From Octopus bimaculoides (Eukaryota): 38,708 nucleotides of DNA. A program made the translations under genes and the position numbers. The notes below the pieces were generated by a model, which saw only the letters and a program-made list of their open reading frames with translations, was not told the DNA's origin and ran no database searches. Of this stretch, positions 32,469 to 38,708 are shown piece by piece (the stretch's first letter is position 1; the number at the start of each line of letters is the position of its first letter). The stretch lies in contig NC_068991.1 in assembly GCF_001194135.2 (NCBI RefSeq), forward strand, positions 67,029,326 through 67,068,033, in the 5' to 3' direction.

Positions 32469-34541
32469 TTACCAATCTAGTCCACTGGCAAATTCTGACA
32501 TATCAACAGATTTTTTCTTGTGTGTAGTTTCTTTGTTAAACCGCAATTTTGAATTATATTTGAAATTAGACTTCTTTGGGTCATGTTTACTAAATTTAAA
32601 GTGCTTGTTCATGGGATTATTTCCTAATTGGCTAGGAGCATCTCTGAGCCCAAAACTTTTTGCTAAATGTCCAATGTGGAGGTATTTTAAGTGAAAAATG
32701 TCCTTCAGATCTTTAGGGTAGGTCGAGTATGAACGAACAAAAGACTGAAATGCCTTTTTGGCAAGATCAAGCATTTCATTAGAATTATGTGTAAAATTTT
32801 CAATATACATCTGAAAAGAAGAAGCAGCTTCTTCATAAGTACGTACTGGTCTTCTATTCTCAATAATTTTTGGTAATAGGTTCAATAATTGCAAAAGGTC
32901 ACCCAATATGTTTTTAATATATATTTCCACTAAATTAATTTTCATAGCATTTAATGCTTTAATATATGCTGTCTCGGAAGGCATAAGGAACAGAAGTGAA
33001 TTGCCTTGAGCACCAGCTCGTGCTGTTCGGCCAATACGATGTATATATTCTCTAGTTTCACCAGGTGAGGTATACTGTACAATCCACCTAACATGTGCCA
33101 GATCAAGGCCTCGAGCTGCAACATCTGTACACAACAGAACACCACAACGTGATAATGAATATTTTGTAAAATTATTGGTACGATCATCTTGAGACATGTT
33201 TCCATGAAGTTTGTAAAATTTAACCAGTGAAGAATTTTTCTTCTTTTTCGATTTTTTTTCAATGTAGTCGGAAAAAGTTTTTGAATCTTTACGTTCCAAC
33301 TCAAAAATTTCAGAAAATAATTTGAAATGGAATTCAACTGAATCTTGTGTTGATAAAAAAACCATAATTTTGGATTTTTGGTTTGAATTTATACATTTAG
33401 AAGCAATAAAGCCAATAAGAGAAACCAAACGCAGTTTACAAGGGACAATCATAAAATGCTGATTTAACTTCTCAGGAACAGAAAATAAACTGTCACCTTT
33501 TGTGAGAAGAGAATTATTTTCTTTATGCTCTTTCGAAGCATCGATTCTTTCAGGGGACTTGAGAGATATTCCAGCTAATTTCTCAACACCTTCAGTAAGA
33601 GTTGCTGATAGCAAAATAGTCTGTCTTTCTGGTGTTGATTTATTAAGAATACTAATAATAAGCTGTACTTCTTTTTCGAAACCCATATCATGTAAACGAT
33701 CTGCTTCATCAATGACAAGATACTGTACGCGATTCGTTACTAAGCATTCTGTATGGAGCAAGTGATCGGTTAACCGACCAGGGGTACCCACCAAGATGGT
33801 AACTCCTTTCCGTAATCGGGCTTTCTCAGATTTCCTTTTCTCACCACCAATAATACAAGTTGGAACAATCCAGCAACAAGTGTTGACAAGTTTCTGAAAA
33901 GTTTGGAAACTCTGCAAAGCGAGTTCTCTAGTAGGTACAATAACGATAGCATGGACTCCATCACTTCGTTTCAGTTTCGGCTGTTTGGCCTGAAGTGTTT
34001 GTACAATTGGAATTGCATAAGATAAAGTCTTACCTGTACCAGTATGCGATTTGACTAAAACATCTTTCCCATCTAGAACTGGTGGTATAGTTAACTGTTG
34101 GACAGTTGTCATTTGACTGAATTGAAAATCATTTCGTAAACATTGTAATATATACGGACTTAAGGAGAGGCTTTCGAAAGATTCTTTCGAAAACAGTTCT
34201 TCTTTAACAGACTGCACAGGCTCAGGATTTACTGTAGGAATTTCAGGATTGGAATTAAAAAGGGAGGAAAAGTGGATAGCACTAGTTTTTGATTTTTTTT
34301 CTGAATGCGTTGTTGGCTGTTTTTCAACCTTTCTTTTCCGTGATTTCACAGAATTCGAAACATAAGGTTCATTTGAATCAATATGTTCATCATATTCGAA
34401 TGTTGATGAGATTTGGTTTCCATTAAGCTGTTTATTTTTAAGTCTTCCTGGTGCTGATTGATTATTCGAATTATTTGTTTTCACTGACTTAGAATCCTTT
34501 TTGGAGACGTAAACATTTAAAACCAAATCATCGTCAGCCAT
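32469..34541 (-). CDS. DDX31: DEAD-box RNA helicase DDX31/Dbp7 (60S biogenesis), single exon, 690 aa from the ATG at 34541
   Basis: Uninterrupted ORF with Q motif, SHTGTGKT, PTRELALQ, TPGRL, DEAD, SAT, TDVAARGLD and YIHRIGRTAR, plus the C-terminal HLAKSFGLRDAP motif typical of DDX31/Dbp7. The ORF track starts at an upstream GTG (34550). Confidence 0.92.
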   Translation of the reverse strand: MADDDLVLNVYVSKKDSKSVKTNNSNNQSAPGRLKNKQLNGNQISSTFEYDEHIDSNEPYVSNSVKSRKRKVEKQPTTHSEKKSKTSAIHFSSLFNSNPEIPTVNPEPVQSVKEELFSKESFESLSLSPYILQCLRNDFQFSQMTTVQQLTIPPVLDGKDVLVKSHTGTGKTLSYAIPIVQTLQAKQPKLKRSDGVHAIVIVPTRELALQSFQTFQKLVNTCCWIVPTCIIGGEKRKSEKARLRKGVTILVGTPGRLTDHLLHTECLVTNRVQYLVIDEADRLHDMGFEKEVQLIISILNKSTPERQTILLSATLTEGVEKLAGISLKSPERIDASKEHKENNSLLTKGDSLFSVPEKLNQHFMIVPCKLRLVSLIGFIASKCINSNQKSKIMVFLSTQDSVEFHFKLFSEIFELERKDSKTFSDYIEKKSKKKKNSSLVKFYKLHGNMSQDDRTNNFTKYSLSRCGVLLCTDVAARGLDLAHVRWIVQYTSPGETREYIHRIGRTARAGAQGNSLLFLMPSETAYIKALNAMKINLVEIYIKNILGDLLQLLNLLPKIIENRRPVRTYEEAASSFQMYIENFTHNSNEMLDLAKKAFQSFVRSYSTYPKDLKDIFHLKYLHIGHLAKSFGLRDAPSQLGNNPMNKHFKFSKHDPKKSNFKYNSKLRFNKETTHKKKSVDMSEFASGLDW

Positions 34542-34545
34542 GTTG

Positions 34546-34602
34546 AACACGTGCGTTACAATATTTTAGAGTGGTCTCCTCTTTGTGATATTGACTTCCT
34601 GT
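34546..34602 (-). promoter_or_regulatory. DDX31 proximal motifs: E-box CACGTG (34548-34553) and ETS site ACAGGAAGT (34594-34602)
   Basis: Sense strand reads CGCACGTGTTCAACATG; ACTTCCTGT on + strand ~50 nt further upstream. Confidence 0.6.
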
Positions 34603-35494
34603 TAATTGCAGTGTAGGAGGATCTAGAACAAGCGGTCTACCTCTGTGTGTTGGGTTCGATTCTTGTTTACAGCTAATTCGTTTTATTAACGTTATTAACC
34701 TTACAGAAGGTATGAGCATCACAGCCACTTTCGTAACTTTCTGAAAATAAGCATATTTTTTAACGAAATTTTGCATAGATTCGTTTACGATAATATAGAT
34801 TACGACTATGTCAATGATATTAATTTTAGTTTGTTTTGAAGAAGTTTGGCTCATTCTCTCTGCCTCCTGGTTTTATCTCCTCATAACTCTTTAAAATGCA
34901 TAATTTATTTTTTTGACATTTTACAGAAATACGCTAGTATTGTTTACGTAAAATTGATGTTTCGAACATAAATTTGAAATAAAAGTGAAAAATAATAAAA
35001 TTACAGAAATTGGTGTTTACAAAGTCGGAGAAAGGTAGAAGAAAACGATCCAAAACTCCTCGAATTTAATAACAAATATGTATTTTTCAGAACGTTATGA
35101 AGAAACTAAATCGAGACAAGACGTCGATCAAGTTTCCTGAAAGAATTGATGCCTTGAAAGCCTAATTAATATGACAACAACCATGGAATAAAAAATTTGT
35201 ATTACTTCGCCAGTTTTGTAGATAGTTTGAAAATTAGTAATTATAATTACATTACATTAATGTGATAATGATTATGAGATCAAGAGATATCCTTCGAACA
35301 AATGAGTGAGGGTTGTATTTCAGGTGCGATTTCTTTCAAGAAAATTACAGAGAGCGACTTAGAAGGGACTCTGACCTAAACCTATCAAAAAGGACAGAAC
35401 TGTCCTAGTCTTGTCATCCTTAGTGCAGTAAAGTAGTAAATAAAAGGGATGATGTTTAGCAATGTGGTAGCTTTGATCAAGCAGACTAAAAGGG

Positions 35495-35780
35495 TAAAGA
35501 GTAAAGACTCCCTTTGGTCATGAATGACCATGGGATTGCACCTGGAAAGTCACCCTCTGAGGCTTAAGTCCGGACAAGGTTGTTTTATGGCAGACCAGCA
35601 GTCATCCGTGCATACTAGCCTCCCCTCTTCGTGACTCATTTCTGCGGCTGAGTGAACTGGAGCAATGTGAAATGAAGTGTCTTGTTCAAGAACAACACAG
35701 AGCCTGGTCCAAGAATCAAACTCACTACCTCATGATTGTGAGCCTGATACTCTAACCACTGGGCCATGGGCCTTCAAACT
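35495..35780 (-). mobile_element. tRNA-derived SINE
   Basis: Minus strand: TGGCCCAGTGGTTAGAG A box, GAGTTTGATTC B box, then TTGAACAAGACACTT body. Confidence 0.65.
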
Positions 35781-35881
35781 AATTATCAAAGTATTTCCAG
35801 CCAAGATCATCCCACTTGTTTAAGGGGTATTTTTATATCAGACTACTAGTAGTGTAGCATGGGCTTTGGCTGCTCCCTTCC

Positions 35882-36105
35882 TTAACCCTTTAGCATTTAA
35901 ACCTGCCAAATCCAGCCCAAATATTCTACCTGTTTGATGTTCAAAGCAGCTAGCTCCAACATCTCACACCTACCCTACAATGTCATTCTAAAAATAAACA
36001 GTTACATCACTGAAATCTCAAAGCTACAAGATGACATGATTAATTTTAAAAAATGTGAATAAATAAACATTACGTTAGACAGAAAACTCTGAATGCTAAA
36101 GGATT
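35882..36105. mobile_element. piggyBac-like MITE
   Basis: TTAACCCTTTAGCATT...AATGCTAAAGGATTA termini (TTAA plus CCCT). Confidence 0.65.
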
Positions 36106-38149
36106 AGACATAACATTCAGCTACAGACAGCGCACATATACAAAGTGGCCACTCTGTGCAATCCACAGAACCTACCATACACCACAGTAGACTACATTAT
36201 CTAATGCATCCATATTTATTTTTAATTTAGAACAGTAGGATGTGATCTGTGAGAGATTTAGCTGCTATTTCTAGGATGTTGACTGAGATTAGAGACTCTC
36301 TTGTTGACTCATGGTAATGGAAATACTGCATAATGAGTGTTTGCTAAGTTGTCATTGTTATCATTTAACATTAATAAAAATGGAAAGAGCATCAGCTGCT
36401 AATTTCTGTCAGATCCTTCATTAGCTCATTTTAGTCTTCTGGTATTTTGGTGATTAATTTTTGTTATCTGGTATATTAGCTGGATCACCTCCATTGAGCT
36501 ATTCCTATCCTACTTGCTACTCTTTCTCTTATCATTTGTCATGACCAGTCTCATAACCCCTGCACTAATCACTATGCCTAATCCTTCTTTCCCAGAATGT
36601 TAACCTACTACAGATTAAAGGGAAATATTAATTGTGTCAATCTGATAATGGTGGGCAAATGAGAGCCAGTAGAGAAAAAGGAGGCATTGGGAGCAAGGTA
36701 GTGGATTGGGGGACGCTATGAATTTATTATAATATAGTATTGTATACAAATTATATATTATATTAAATATCAAATGATTCATAGTATATATAAATTAGTA
36801 AAATATAAAATATTTATTTATACATAAAAATAGGGGTGGGGGCACTGAGGGAATTATGTGGCCATGGGGGGGCGTAGTGGCCCAAAAAGTTTGAGAATCT
36901 CTGTTCTAAACCAATTATATATCCTCCCCATGCTGGCTGTTGTCCCCAAACAATGTATCTCAGCTACTACATTCTTTACTAAAAACATTTTCCCATTACT
37001 TACTTTCTAGAACTGCAACCCACTGAAATTCATACCTCACTCCTTTTCCTTTGTGTTTTTTTTTTTTTTTTTTTTTTTTTTTTNNNNNNNNNNNNNNNNN
37101 NNNNNNNNNNNNNNNNNNNNNNNNNNNNNNNNNNNNNNNNNNNNNNNNNNNNNNNNNNNNNNNNNNNNNNNNNNNNNNNNNNNNNNNNNNNNNNNNNNNN
37201 NNNNNNNNNNNNNNNNNNNNNNNNNNNNNNNNNNNNNNNNNNNNNNNNNNNNNNNNNNNNNNNNNNNNNNNNNNNNNNNNNNNNNNNNNNNNNNNNNNNN
37301 NNNNNNNNNNNNNNNNNNNNNNNNNNNNNNNNNNNNNNNNNNNNNNNNNNNNNNNNNNNNNNNNNNNNNNNNNNNNNNNNNNNNNNNNNNNNNNNNNNAC
37401 ATAGAGAGAGACAAAATACCTCTAAGCATTTTGCCCAGCATGCCGCCTTCTCTTAGTAATAATATTAGCACTAAGGCCTCTTATGGCTACATACTTAATA
37501 GAATGCGCAACTGTTCAAATCCACTCACAAAGTTCTAGTTGGCCTGGGATTATAGTAGAAGATACTTGCCCAAGGTGCCATGCAGAGGGATTGAACCTAG
37601 AACCATGTAGTTGAGATGCAAACTTACAGCTATGGCTGCACACACACGCACACATCAGATTGTTCACAATTGCTATTGGTAATGTGTAGGGCGGCAAGCC
37701 GGCAGAATCGTTCGCACACCGGGCAAAATGCTTAGCGGTATTTTTTCTGCTGTTATGTTCTGAGTTCAAATTTCGCCATGGTTAACTTTGCCTTTCATCC
37801 TTTCGTGGTCGATTAAATAACTACCAGTTACACACTGGGGTCGATGTAATGAACTTAATCCCTTTGTCTGTCCTTGTTTAACCCCCTGTGGGCAATAAAA
37901 AAATATATTGGTAATGTGTAGTCTAGTACGGCCAGTTGCATATTCTGGTTGTTGGTGACTAAACTGGCTCCCATGGTGAAGATTTCTAGAAACACAGCAG
38001 AACAACAAACAAGGCCAGTCAAGAGCGGAACCCAGTATAGGATCAATGACTATCTAACAACAGTACAAGGAATTAGAAATTCTGAGTTTGTCTTGAGCAT
38101 GCTACAAGACCACTGAGAGTTGTGTGGGATCTATAGCTTTTGTTAAAGC

Positions 38150-38708
38150 ATGTCTAAGCACAATAAATATAAATATATGGTCATGTGGCAAGAATGGATG
38201 AGGATAGCTATTTGAAAAAGTGCCACACCCTAGCGGTTGAGGGAACCTGTGGAAGAGGTAGACCCAGGAAGATCTGGGATGAGGTGGTGAAGCACGACCT
38301 TCGAACATTAGTCCTCACCAAGGCAATGACTTGTGACCGAGACCTTTGGAAATATGCTGTGCTGTATGTGAGAAGACCCGGCAAACCAAGTGAGACCATA
38401 ATCTGAGGCCTCTGCCAGCCCACTTATGCGTACCTTACCTTTCCTTCATTGGACACTAAACTCCGCTTCCAAAGACCTGTTGAGGCAAGTGAAATCAAAA
38501 TCAAACCAAATTCAACGACTGGCACCCATGCCAACGTCTCTTTCATTGGACACTAAACTCGCCTTGCGAAGACCTGTTGGGGCAAGTAAAAGCGAAACCG
38601 TCCGAGCCTGATCGTTGCCAGAGCAGCTGCCTGGCTTCCGTGCCAGTGGGACATAAATAGCACCATTTGAGTGTGATTGTTACCAGCAGCGCCTTCCTGG
38701 CATGTGAA
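38150..38708 (+). mobile_element. RTE LINE 3' portion: ORF2 C-terminus and 3' UTR, running off the window
   Basis: MARMDEDSYLKKCHTLAVEGTCGRGRPRKIWDEVVKHDL is the typical RTE C-terminal GRPR.W motif; the UTR after it matches 14155-14400. Confidence 0.85.

Noticed and set aside
32951-33964. Alternative-frame and antisense ORFs within DDX31
   Set aside because: They are shadows of the real coding frame with no motifs.
37037-37538. Long ORFs spanning N runs (also 25452-25917)
   Set aside because: Artefacts of assembly gaps and poly-T; only the mariner C-terminal peptide at 25810-25917 is real.

Overview
AT-rich eukaryotic genomic window with three N gaps, most likely from an Octopus/coleoid cephalopod (inferred from the SINE/RTE repertoire and gene structure). 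It holds two convergent ribosome-biogenesis genes. WDR43/UTP5 is on the + strand; I reconstructed 17 coding exons from 3847 to 28661, giving about 630 aa with a continuous frame, and one intron probably uses a GC donor. DDX31/Dbp7, a DEAD-box helicase, is on the - strand as a completely intronless ORF (34541-32469, 690 aa). Both genes carry a CACGTGTT E-box a few bases upstream of the ATG. Introns and intergenic DNA are dense with mobile-element relics: RTE LINE pieces and their 3' ends, several tRNA-derived SINE families, mariner, hAT- and piggyBac-like MITEs, a decayed Penelope-like element and an L2/CR1 remnant. The leads most worth checking are the shared promoter E-box architecture, the retrogene-like DDX31, a degenerate hammerhead-like motif inside an inverted-repeat element between the two 3' ends, unusual splice signals, and inverted repeat pairs in the WDR43 pre-mRNA. 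Nearly all other ORFs in the supplied track are spurious or repeat-derived. Gene and repeat identities come from recalled motifs, not from a database search.
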